From Leptonemataceae bacterium (GTDB lineage: Bacteria > Spirochaetota > Leptospiria > Leptospirales > Leptonemataceae): DNA of 64,000 nucleotides. The stretch spans positions 3,808,001-3,872,000 of the forward strand of contig OZ245742.1 in assembly GCA_965227295.1 (NCBI GenBank). Reading direction: 5' to 3'. How positions within the stretch are numbered: position 1 is the stretch's first letter; each line of letters begins with the position of its first letter. Shown here piece by piece: positions 8,982 to 17,920 of the stretch. Position numbers and translations under genes: made by a program. The notes beneath the pieces were generated by a model. It ran no database searches. It saw only the letters and a program-made list of their open reading frames with translations, and was not told the origin of the DNA.

Positions 8982-9839
8982 ATGCCGTTTGCGAAGACCA
9001 GCCCGATCCCGACTCCCGCGTCGGCCGAAAAGCTCGGGCGTCTCGAACCCGGTCGTAATCCCCGCCACGTCGCCATCATTCTCGACGGCAACGGTCGTTG
9101 GGCCCGTCAGCGCGGCCTGCGTCGGTCCGAAGGCCACCGGGCCGGGGCCGAAAACCTCAACCGCATGCTCGACTTCTTTCTCGAACTGAAGATCGACACC
9201 GTCTCCCTGTATACATTCTCCACCGAAAACTGGAAGCGTCCTTCCGCCGAAGTGCGGGCCATCTGGAATCTTTTTCACGAGTTCTTCGATGCCCAACTCG
9301 AACGTTGCCTGGAATCGGGAGTGCGCGTCATCACGTCCGGTGAACTCTCCCGTCTCTCAGGTCGGATTCGTCGGCGCATCGAAGAAGTTGTCGAGCAAAC
9401 ATCACACAATACGAACCTGACGGCGAACTTTTGCGTGAACTACGGTTCCCAGGACGAAATTCTGCGCGCCGCGCAGTTGATCCTGGAAGAACGCCTGGCC
9501 ATGTTCGAGCGCGGGGACAAACGGAAGGCTCGCACCCCGATCAAGAAAAAAGAATTCGAGAGCCGTCTGTATACCGCCGATCTGCCGCCGGTGGACCTGC
9601 TGGTCCGTCCGGGCGGGGAGAGCCGGATTTCGAATTTCCTGCTCTGGCAATCCGCCTACGCCGAGATCTACGTAACCGAAACCCTCTGGCCGGACTTCGG
9701 CGAAGAGAACCTGCTCGATGCGCTGCTCTGGTACCAAGGGCGGGACCGCCGTTTCGGTGGGCTGTCCGATGACGGAGTCAGCGCACACGGGGACACGGAA
9801 GCCGATATTCCGGAAGACGATGGTCGCCACTATGAATGA
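8982..9839 (+). CDS. uppS: Undecaprenyl diphosphate synthase
   Basis: HVAIILDGNGRWA, FSTENWKR, RPGGESRISNFLLWQSAYAE, RRFGG. Confidence 0.97.
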   Translation: MPFAKTSPIPTPASAEKLGRLEPGRNPRHVAIILDGNGRWARQRGLRRSEGHRAGAENLNRMLDFFLELKIDTVSLYTFSTENWKRPSAEVRAIWNLFHEFFDAQLERCLESGVRVITSGELSRLSGRIRRRIEEVVEQTSHNTNLTANFCVNYGSQDEILRAAQLILEERLAMFERGDKRKARTPIKKKEFESRLYTADLPPVDLLVRPGGESRISNFLLWQSAYAEIYVTETLWPDFGEENLLDALLWYQGRDRRFGGLSDDGVSAHGDTEADIPEDDGRHYE

Positions 9840-10764
9840 AACCGCAAAACGCATCCTTTCCGGCTTAACGCTCGCGGCCTTCGCCTCGTTCGCCCTGTAT
9901 ACCGAGGCCTTTCACTGGATTCTGTTGTTCGTCCTGCTGCTCGTCTTTTCCTGGATGGGCCTGTATGAGTTCTTTCATCTAACGGATCGCGGCATCGAAG
10001 GCGGCGGCTTTCGGAGGCTGGGCTATCTCTTCTGCGGACTGATCGTCCTCGCATACTACGCGCAGTTTCTTTCCATGAAGCAGAGCCTGGGATACGAACC
10101 GGGACCGACGGTGAGCACTTTTATTAAGTGGTTCTATCCGAACGAAAACAACCTGGCTCCGACGCTGCTGTTCTTTTACGTGATTGCGGCGAGCATCTCG
10201 CAAATTGTAACGCGGCCCCTCGACGGTACCATCTACAATCTCTCGGTGAGCATCTTCGGTCTGGTCTATTCCACCCTGGGCCTCGTGCACGGCATGTTGC
10301 TTATGGCGCTGCCGCATGGTGTGTTTTACCTGGTGCTGTTCATTCTGCTGCCGGTGGCCACGGATACCGGGGCCTACTTTGCCGGTCGTTGGTTCGGTCG
10401 TCACAACGCCGGTCTCAAGGTTTCGCCGAAAAAAACCTACGAAGGTTACGCCGGCGGCCTCATTTTCGCCGTCCTCGCCGCGAACGGTTTTCTCTGGGGC
10501 TGGCGCGAGTACGCTTTCGAGGGTTTTCGCGAGATTCCGCTGCACTACCTGGAGCTCTCCTGCGTGGCCCTGGGAGTGGCCTTGCTCTCGATCTTCGGCG
10601 ACCTGGCCGAGAGCGCTCTCAAGCGCGACGCCAAGATCAAGGACTCCGCGTCCACGATTCCCGGTCACGGCGGCATGCTGGACCTCGCGGACGCCATCTT
10701 CTTTTCGTTGCCCGTAGGTTATTTTTATTTGTCGTTAAGATTGATGCTGGGGTACGCCCTGTAG
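9832..10764 (+). CDS. cdsA: Phosphatidate cytidylyltransferase
   Basis: DTGAYFAGRWFG, SPKKTYEG, GDLAESALKRDAKIKDS..IPGHGGMLD; ATG at 9832. Confidence 0.95.
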   Translation: MNETAKRILSGLTLAAFASFALYTEAFHWILLFVLLLVFSWMGLYEFFHLTDRGIEGGGFRRLGYLFCGLIVLAYYAQFLSMKQSLGYEPGPTVSTFIKWFYPNENNLAPTLLFFYVIAASISQIVTRPLDGTIYNLSVSIFGLVYSTLGLVHGMLLMALPHGVFYLVLFILLPVATDTGAYFAGRWFGRHNAGLKVSPKKTYEGYAGGLIFAVLAANGFLWGWREYAFEGFREIPLHYLELSCVALGVALLSIFGDLAESALKRDAKIKDSASTIPGHGGMLDLADAIFFSLPVGYFYLSLRLMLGYAL

Positions 10765-10778
10765 TCCAGGATTCGTCG

Positions 10779-10901
10779 ACTCCGAGGACCGAGGGGCCGA
10801 GGAGAAGATGAGTTGATGGACCACCCCACACAAGCAATAGCCCGCCAACATCCATATTGCGAAGACCCTCAAGAAAACCTCGATCCCTCGGCCCTCGGAG
10901 T
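10779..10901. repeat. Element bounded by imperfect 24-bp inverted repeats built from CCGAGGG-like heptamers
   Basis: ACTCCGAGGACCGAGGGGCCGAGG (10779-10802) versus CCTCGATCCCTCGGCCCTCGGAGT (10878-10901); 21/24 complementary, 75-bp spacer. Confidence 0.8.
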
Positions 10902-10910
10902 TGTTTTTTA

Positions 10911-12173
10911 GTGTATGCCGCGAATGACATCTGCTCGCTTCTGAACGCCGATGCGGCGCGGCCCGCTCGTTCGGTGATTGTCCTCGGTGCGTCGGGGAGC
11001 GTGGGCGGTTCCACCCTCGATTTTATCAAGGCCTGCCCCGGGGCCGGCATAACCCTCGCCGCGGTGAGCGTCCACGGCTCCATCAATAAACTGCGACGCA
11101 TCCTGAGCGAGCACGCGGTTCAACGCGCGGCGATTTCCTCGGAGCCGGTCTTTGCGCAACACGTCGACGCCCTGCGCCGGGACTTCCCGAATGTAACGTT
11201 CTACGGCGGCGACGCCGGGATGCTGGAGATGATCGCGGCGGCCGTGGCCGAAGACGACGCCGATACGATTCTGACCGCCGTGGTCGGCGCGGCCGGCATT
11301 CAGGCGACGATGCTCGCGCTCAAGCTCGGTCTCAAGATTGCTCTGGCAAACAAAGAGACCATGGTCACCGCGGGCCCGGCCATTGAGGCGTTGCTGCGCG
11401 AACGTATGGCCACGGAAGAGCCGGGGCGCTGTCCGGTCATACTGCCGGTGGACTCCGAACACAACGCCATCTTTCAACTCATCTATGCGTTGAAACCCGA
11501 GCATCTGAAGCGGGTCATCCTTACGGCCTCCGGCGGTCCGTTTCGCGACTGGCCCATCGAAAAACTCAAGGCCGGTGTGGATCGGGAGCAGGTGTTGAAT
11601 CATCCTACCTGGTCCATGGGGCCGAAGATCACCGTGGATTCCGCCGGCATGATCAACAAAGGCCTGGAACTGATCGAGGCGCATTATCTGTTTTCGCTGC
11701 CGTACGACCGGCTCGACGTGCTCATTCACAAGCACAGCCTGGTCCACGGACTGGCCGAAACTACCGACGGCGGCTATTTGATCTGCGCGTCCCGGCCGCA
11801 CATGGTCTTTCCGATCGCCCACGCCCTGTGTTATCCGAATCCCGTGCCCGTACCGCATGAACACGCCACCGAGCCGCAAACCTGGCCGGGCATCGAGTTC
11901 GAGCAGGTTTCGGAAGATCGTTATCCCGGCTTCTCGTTGTGTCTCCGGGCGGGACGGCGGGGCGGGACGGCTCCGGCCGTCCTCAACGCGGCCAACGAGG
12001 AAGCGGTGCGGCTCTTCCTGGAGGGCGCCGTCGGTTTCCACGACATTCCGCGACTCATCGAGCACTGCCTGGACGAGATTGATGTGCAAGATGGGACGGA
12101 GCTCGAAATTTTTCTGGAAGCGGACCGGCGGGCCCGGGAAGTTGCCGGAGAAGCGGCCCGATTGCGTCGATAG
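10911..12173 (+). CDS. dxr: 1-deoxy-D-xylulose 5-phosphate reductoisomerase
   Basis: LGASGSVG, LANKET, PVDSEHNAIFQ, TASGGPFR, HPTWSMGPKITVDSA, NAANEEAV; start uncertain (GTG 10911 after GGAG). Confidence 0.96.
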   Translation: MYAANDICSLLNADAARPARSVIVLGASGSVGGSTLDFIKACPGAGITLAAVSVHGSINKLRRILSEHAVQRAAISSEPVFAQHVDALRRDFPNVTFYGGDAGMLEMIAAAVAEDDADTILTAVVGAAGIQATMLALKLGLKIALANKETMVTAGPAIEALLRERMATEEPGRCPVILPVDSEHNAIFQLIYALKPEHLKRVILTASGGPFRDWPIEKLKAGVDREQVLNHPTWSMGPKITVDSAGMINKGLELIEAHYLFSLPYDRLDVLIHKHSLVHGLAETTDGGYLICASRPHMVFPIAHALCYPNPVPVPHEHATEPQTWPGIEFEQVSEDRYPGFSLCLRAGRRGGTAPAVLNAANEEAVRLFLEGAVGFHDIPRLIEHCLDEIDVQDGTELEIFLEADRRAREVAGEAARLRR

Positions 12174-12214
12174 GCGTTTCCGCGGGCGCTGCATCCTGTT
12201 ATACTGAGACTACC

Positions 12215-13846
12215 ATGATTGTATTTATCCTCGGCGGCGCCCTGATGCTCGGGGTGTGCATCTTCATCCACGAACTCGGCCACTTTCTGTTCGGGAAGCT
12301 TGTCGGCGTCAAAGCCGAGGTCTTCTCGATGGGCTACGGCCGCGGCATCTGGAAAAAGAAGATCGGCGACACCACCTACCAGATCACCGCGATTCCCCTC
12401 GGCGGGTACGTAAAGTTCTACGGCGCCGAGGATATGGACCAGACCGAGAAGGTGCCCGGCGGCTTTTATACCGTGGGGCCCATCAAACGCATGGTCCCGG
12501 TACTCGGCGGCCCGTTGTTCAATCTCTTTCTGGGCGGTCTCATCTTCCTGCTGTTGCACAGCCTCTCCGGTCCCATCGCCCCGCGCATTCAACTGCTGAA
12601 TACCGTGGGCCGGGACGGCACGCCGGCCCACGAGGCCGGCCTTCAGAACGGCGACCTGGTGCAGTCCATCGACGGCCGGCCCACCCAGGATTTTCACGAC
12701 GTCGTGAAGGCCGTCGTTTTGTCCGAGGGCAAACCCCTGGATTTCGAAGTTCTCCGTAACAATGAATCCGTGCATGTTACGGTCAAACCCGACGTCGATT
12801 CCTCCGGCCGTTCCGCCATCGGCATTCGCATGCCGGGCGAGATGCGCCTCCAGGTGAACTATCCGAACTCCGACATGTGGTGGTACAACTTCGTGTCGAT
12901 CTTCGGGCCGGTGGAGCCGCCGCGTTCGTTACGCGCCATCGAGCATCTGCACGACGGCGACGTCATTCTGGCCGTGGAGGATCAGGACATTACTTCCGTA
13001 CGCGAGTTGCAGAAGGTTCTCGGCGAACATCACGGGCAAACCGTGAGCGTGCACGTGCGTCGGGAGAGCCTGCCCTGGCTCGCACCCTGGTTCGAACACG
13101 AGACCACTGTCGAAGTTCCGTCCTCGGGTGAGTACATCATTCACCTGCGCGATGTTGTGGATGCGAAGTACGGTCGAAAGATCGGCGATCAGTTTCTCGC
13201 GTCCACGTTTCCGGAGCATCAAAAGCGATTGTCCGAGATCTGGATCGACGGCAAGCAACCCGGTTCGTTCCCGAACCTGGCGGAGCGATTCGCCGCGGGC
13301 CGTCGGGTATCTGTAAGCATGGGCGGCAAATCTGCGGGGCAGGGTGGCCACAGCTACGAAGCCTTCGTCGAGGCCGAAAAAACCGGCGTACTGGGTTTCA
13401 TGCCCGGCGCGGTCATTCAGGGCGATTACCTCGACAACCACGAGTCCTTCACCGGCGTTCTGGCCGCGGCCTATCAGGACACCGTGAAGAACATCATGAT
13501 CTATCCCACGTTCTTCGGCAGCCTGTTTTCAGGACGCGTCTCGTTCATCGACAACGCCGCGGGCCCGGTGCGCATCTTCGGTGCGGCCGGCATGCTGATG
13601 AAGTCGGATTACCAGAACTACCTCCAACTATTCGCGGCCATTTCGATCGCGCTGTTCATCATGAACCTGATCCCGTTTCCGATCGTGGACGGCGGGCACA
13701 TCGTGTTCTTTCTCTACGAGGCCATTGCGGGCAAACCCGTTTCACCGCGGGTGATGGAAGCCATTTACCGCGTGGCGTTCTCGATGATTCTATTCCTCGG
13801 TCTCTGGATCATGTACCGCGACGTGATCTGGTTTATCGGACTTTAG
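12215..13846 (+). CDS. rseP: Site-2 (M50) intramembrane metalloprotease with PDZ domains
   Basis: IHELGHF, IPLGGYVK, GPLFN, NLIPFPIVDGGH. Confidence 0.93.
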   Translation: MIVFILGGALMLGVCIFIHELGHFLFGKLVGVKAEVFSMGYGRGIWKKKIGDTTYQITAIPLGGYVKFYGAEDMDQTEKVPGGFYTVGPIKRMVPVLGGPLFNLFLGGLIFLLLHSLSGPIAPRIQLLNTVGRDGTPAHEAGLQNGDLVQSIDGRPTQDFHDVVKAVVLSEGKPLDFEVLRNNESVHVTVKPDVDSSGRSAIGIRMPGEMRLQVNYPNSDMWWYNFVSIFGPVEPPRSLRAIEHLHDGDVILAVEDQDITSVRELQKVLGEHHGQTVSVHVRRESLPWLAPWFEHETTVEVPSSGEYIIHLRDVVDAKYGRKIGDQFLASTFPEHQKRLSEIWIDGKQPGSFPNLAERFAAGRRVSVSMGGKSAGQGGHSYEAFVEAEKTGVLGFMPGAVIQGDYLDNHESFTGVLAAAYQDTVKNIMIYPTFFGSLFSGRVSFIDNAAGPVRIFGAAGMLMKSDYQNYLQLFAAISIALFIMNLIPFPIVDGGHIVFFLYEAIAGKPVSPRVMEAIYRVAFSMILFLGLWIMYRDVIWFIGL

Positions 13847-13854
13847 GTTCACCT

Positions 13855-15636
13855 ATGCAGGCAACTCACACTGTTATCGCCACTCTGCGTGACGATCCGG
13901 GTGACGCGGTGGTCGCGTCGCATCGACTCATGTTGCGCTCCGGTCTGGCCCGTAAGCAGGGCTCCGGTCTCTACTCGTTTCTCCCGCTCGGCCTGCGCGT
14001 AATGCGCAAGATTGAGCAGGTCATTCGTGAAGAGATGGAGGCGGCCGGGGCCGTCGAAGTGCTGCTGCCCATCTTGACGCCGGCGGAACTCTGGGAAGAG
14101 TCCGGGCGCTGGACGAAAATGGGCAAAGAGATGTTCCGGGTCAAAGATCGTCACGAGGTGATGAACGCCCTCGGGCCCACCCACGAGGAGTCCATGACTT
14201 CGCTCGTGAAAGATTTGATTCGCTCGCATCGCGATCTGCCGCTCAACATCTACCAGATGCACACGAAGTTTCGCGACGAGATCCGTCCGCGCTTCGGCGT
14301 CATTCGATCGCGGGAATTCGTCATGAAGGACTCGTACTCCTTCGACCTCGACGAAGCCGGCCTGGAAAACACGTATCAGAAGATGCGCATCGCCTATCGC
14401 CGTGTGTTTGCCCGCCTGGGGCTGCGTACGGTTCCGGTGGAGGCGGACTCCGGTGCCATGGGCGGTACCGGTTCCGAAGAATTCATGGTCCCGTCGGAGA
14501 TCGGCGAGGAAACGCTGCTGCTTTCGGAGAGCGAAAGTTACCGCTCGAACAGCGAGAAGACGCCGGTCGTGTACACAGACATCGTTGACGAAGCCAGAGC
14601 GAAACCCACGCAGGAACTCTCCGAACTGGAAAAGCTGCATACACCGAACGTCAAGACCATCGAAGACCTGGCGAAGTTTCTCGAAGTCCGGCCGGCGCAG
14701 ATTCTCAAAACGGTCCTGTACATGATCGACGGGCAGCCCACGGCCGTGTGCATCCGCGGCGACCGGGACGTGAACGAAATCAAACTCGCGAACGTAACTT
14801 CGGCGCAGGAGATCTTAGCGGCGAGCCCCGAGGAAATCAAACAGGCCGGCTCGGTGGCCGGTTTCATCGGCCCCCTGGGCATTGCGAAGGACGTCAGGAT
14901 TCTATGGGACACCTCGCTGCAAACCGGCGAAGCCTGGATCATCGGCGCCAACGAGGTCGACTATCACTACAAAGGCTGTGTTCTGGATCCGCAGCGCGAA
15001 AGCGCGGACCTGGGCCTGGCGCGTGCCGGTGATCCGGCTCCCAACGGCGACGGCCTGCTCAAAGAAATCAAGGGCATCGAGGTCGGGCACATCTTCAAAC
15101 TCGGCTACAAGTACACGGACGCCTTCAAGCTCACCGTACAGAACGAGGACGGCAAGGCCGTGAAACCCATCATGGGGACCTACGGCATCGGCGTGAATCG
15201 AACCCTCGCTACGATCATTGAGCAGTGGCACGACGATAAAGGCATTACCTGGCCCGTCAGCGCGGCGCCGTTCGAGATTTGTTTGATCAGCATCACGGGC
15301 AAAGACCCGCAGCAGCGCGAGCGTGAGTTGACCCAGGCCCGGGAACTCTACGCGGCGCTGAAAGATGCCGGCTGTGACGTCCTCTGGGACGATCGCGATC
15401 TGCGGCCCGGGGTGAAGTTCGCGGACTCCGAGTTGATCGGCTATCCGATCCGCCTGACCATGGGCAAAAAGTTCTTTCAGGACGGAGAGCTGGAAGTCCT
15501 GCTGCGTTCGAAGGACGAGCAGAGCGTACTTAAGGGCAGTAGCGTGCGGGAACTCGTGCCGCAAATCCTGCGCCTGCGTGAAAAACTCTACGACGATTTA
15601 CGGCAGCTCCTGGAGCAGCAGATCGAAGTCGGCTGA
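13855..15636 (+). CDS. proS: Proline--tRNA ligase with editing insertion
   Basis: LGPTHEE, KFRDEIRPRFGVIRSREF, GIEVGHIFKLG, MGTYGIGVNR. Confidence 0.98.
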   Translation: MQATHTVIATLRDDPGDAVVASHRLMLRSGLARKQGSGLYSFLPLGLRVMRKIEQVIREEMEAAGAVEVLLPILTPAELWEESGRWTKMGKEMFRVKDRHEVMNALGPTHEESMTSLVKDLIRSHRDLPLNIYQMHTKFRDEIRPRFGVIRSREFVMKDSYSFDLDEAGLENTYQKMRIAYRRVFARLGLRTVPVEADSGAMGGTGSEEFMVPSEIGEETLLLSESESYRSNSEKTPVVYTDIVDEARAKPTQELSELEKLHTPNVKTIEDLAKFLEVRPAQILKTVLYMIDGQPTAVCIRGDRDVNEIKLANVTSAQEILAASPEEIKQAGSVAGFIGPLGIAKDVRILWDTSLQTGEAWIIGANEVDYHYKGCVLDPQRESADLGLARAGDPAPNGDGLLKEIKGIEVGHIFKLGYKYTDAFKLTVQNEDGKAVKPIMGTYGIGVNRTLATIIEQWHDDKGITWPVSAAPFEICLISITGKDPQQRERELTQARELYAALKDAGCDVLWDDRDLRPGVKFADSELIGYPIRLTMGKKFFQDGELEVLLRSKDEQSVLKGSSVRELVPQILRLREKLYDDLRQLLEQQIEVG

Positions 15637-15664
15637 ATACTAATTTTATGTGAGAGTAAGTTAG

Positions 15665-16882
15665 ATGAGCACGGAAACACAGATCCAGAACGCCGCCGGC
15701 GAAACCGCGGGTTTCTTCGGCGAATTCGGCGGGCGTTACAGTCCCGAGGTCCTCATGCCGGCCCTGGAAGACCTGGAACAGACTTACTATCGCCTGAAAG
15801 GCGATCCGAAGTTCCAGGAAGAGCTGGCGTTGCTCTCGTCGGAGTACGCCGGCCGTCCTTCGAAACTCACGTTTGCGCCGCGGCTCACGGAGGCCTGGGG
15901 CGGGGCGGAGATCTGGCTCAAACGGGAAGATCTGAACCACACCGGCTCGCATAAAATCAACAATGCCCTGGGCCAGGCGTTGCTTACGGTCGCCATGAAC
16001 AAACCGCGCGTGATCGCGGAGACCGGGGCCGGTCAGCACGGCGTCGCCACCGCCACGGTGGCCGCGCGCTTCGGCCTGGAGTGCACTGTCTACATGGGCG
16101 CCGAGGACGTGCGCCGCCAGAAACTCAACGTCTTTCGCATGGAACTGTTGGGCGCCGAGGTCATTCCGGTGGAATCGGGAACGGCCACATTGAAGGACGC
16201 CACGAACGAAGCGATGCGGGATTGGTCGAAGAACGTGGCCAACACGCATTACATCATCGGCTCGGCGGTAGGCCCGCATCCCTTTCCGACGATCGTGCGC
16301 GACTTCCAGGCAGTGATGTCGCTGGAAGCGCGGCAGCAAATGCTCGAACGTGCCGGCGCCTTGCCGGATGCGGTCATCGCGTGTGTCGGCGGCGGATCGA
16401 ATGCCATCGGCATCTTTCATCATTTTGTACCCGACGAGGGCGTGCGGCTCTTCGGCACCGAAGCCGGCGGTCGCGGCGACGATCTCGGCGATAACAGCGC
16501 CAGCGTGAACTTCGGCCAGGTCGGTTACTTCCACGGCACGAAGTCGCTCTACATTCAACACGGCAACGGCCAGATCGAAAACGTACACAGCGTTTCGGCG
16601 GGCCTGGACTATCCCGGCGTCGGTCCGGAGCACGCGTACCTGGCTGTCACCGGGCGCGCGGAGTACCGTCGCGTGCGAGACGATATCGCGCTCGAAGCGT
16701 TTCAGGAAGTGTCGCGCCTGGAAGGCATCCTGCCGGCCCTGGAAACGGCGCACAGTTTTGCGCTGGCAAAAGAGCTCGCACCGCAACTCGGCAAGGACAA
16801 GCGCATCCTGGTTTGTGTCAGCGGTCGCGGTGACAAAGACGTCATCGAGGTGGCGCGGCTTCTGGGGCGGGAGGTACTATGA
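15665..16882 (+). CDS. trpB: Tryptophan synthase beta chain
   Basis: [46 protein letters not shown]. Confidence 0.99.
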   Translation: MSTETQIQNAAGETAGFFGEFGGRYSPEVLMPALEDLEQTYYRLKGDPKFQEELALLSSEYAGRPSKLTFAPRLTEAWGGAEIWLKREDLNHTGSHKINNALGQALLTVAMNKPRVIAETGAGQHGVATATVAARFGLECTVYMGAEDVRRQKLNVFRMELLGAEVIPVESGTATLKDATNEAMRDWSKNVANTHYIIGSAVGPHPFPTIVRDFQAVMSLEARQQMLERAGALPDAVIACVGGGSNAIGIFHHFVPDEGVRLFGTEAGGRGDDLGDNSASVNFGQVGYFHGTKSLYIQHGNGQIENVHSVSAGLDYPGVGPEHAYLAVTGRAEYRRVRDDIALEAFQEVSRLEGILPALETAHSFALAKELAPQLGKDKRILVCVSGRGDKDVIEVARLLGREVL

Positions 16883-17793
16883 GCACCGTCATGAATATGA
16901 AACTCAACGAATACATTCAAACTCGCGCCCGGGAACGCGGCGGCTCCGTATACATGCCGTATCTTACCCTCGGCGATCCGAACTACGAATGCAGCGTGGA
17001 GTTCGCCATCGGCATGATCGATGCCGGCGCGGACATTCTCGAACTCGGCATCCCGTTCAGCGATCCGACCGCGGACGGCCCGGTGGTCCAGGCGGCGATG
17101 ACGCGCGCCCTGGATCGAAACGAGTTTTCCATGAGCACAATCTTCGATGTGGCACGACGCATTCACGAGGCGCGGCCGGACGTACCGCTCACGTTTCTGA
17201 GTTACATGAATCCCATCCTGAACGGAGTGCCCCTGCCGGACGGTCGAAACGCGGGCACCCTGGATCTCACGCAGTCGAATCCCACCGGGCGGCTCCGCTA
17301 CGACGCGCGTCTGGGCATGGAAGCTTTCTTGAAAGAATGCCGCCGATCTGGAATCCGCGGCCTCGTGATTCCGGACCTGCCGTTTGATCAGCCGGAGTCT
17401 GCAATCTTGCGTGAGCTGGGGCCGCAATACGGAGTCGATCAGATTCTTATGGTGGCGCCGAATACCGGTGACGCGCGCCTGGTGGCCGTCTGCGAGGCGG
17501 CGCGGGGTTTCATCTACTACGTCACGAGCCTCGGGGTCACCGGCATGCGGTCTGATTTGCCGGAGGACCTGAAAGATCGGATCCGCCTCGTCCAGGAACG
17601 TTCGGGGCTGCCGGTACTGGCCGGTTTCGGTTTCAGTGAGCCTTCCCAGGCGCAAAAGCTGAGCGGGATCGTGGACGGCATCATCGTGGGCAGCCTCAAT
17701 CAGCGGATCATCGGGGAGCATGGTGAGAACTCGCGGGAGCACCTGATGGAAATCACCCGCGAATTTGCGGCGGCGTGCGGTTCCCGGGCCTGA
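16879..17793 (+). CDS. trpA: Tryptophan synthase alpha chain (with internal insertion)
   Basis: [41 protein letters not shown]. Confidence 0.96.
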   Translation: MSTVMNMKLNEYIQTRARERGGSVYMPYLTLGDPNYECSVEFAIGMIDAGADILELGIPFSDPTADGPVVQAAMTRALDRNEFSMSTIFDVARRIHEARPDVPLTFLSYMNPILNGVPLPDGRNAGTLDLTQSNPTGRLRYDARLGMEAFLKECRRSGIRGLVIPDLPFDQPESAILRELGPQYGVDQILMVAPNTGDARLVAVCEAARGFIYYVTSLGVTGMRSDLPEDLKDRIRLVQERSGLPVLAGFGFSEPSQAQKLSGIVDGIIVGSLNQRIIGEHGENSREHLMEITREFAAACGSRA

Positions 17794-17920
17794 CGGGAGC
17801 GGGGCGTTCGACGGACTGCGCTCCCGGGGGACCGAATACCGGCACCCGCGTCGCAGTTCATTGTACAAACTTCCGGGAAAAATTGTTGTAAATACCGGGG
17901 GCGAAGCGGAGGTTTTCCCA

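Noticed and set aside
17779..17835. GC-rich hairpin after trpA as an intrinsic terminator
   Set aside because: A stem is present (CGGGAGCG...CGCTCCCG) but no U-tract follows, so termination is not supported.
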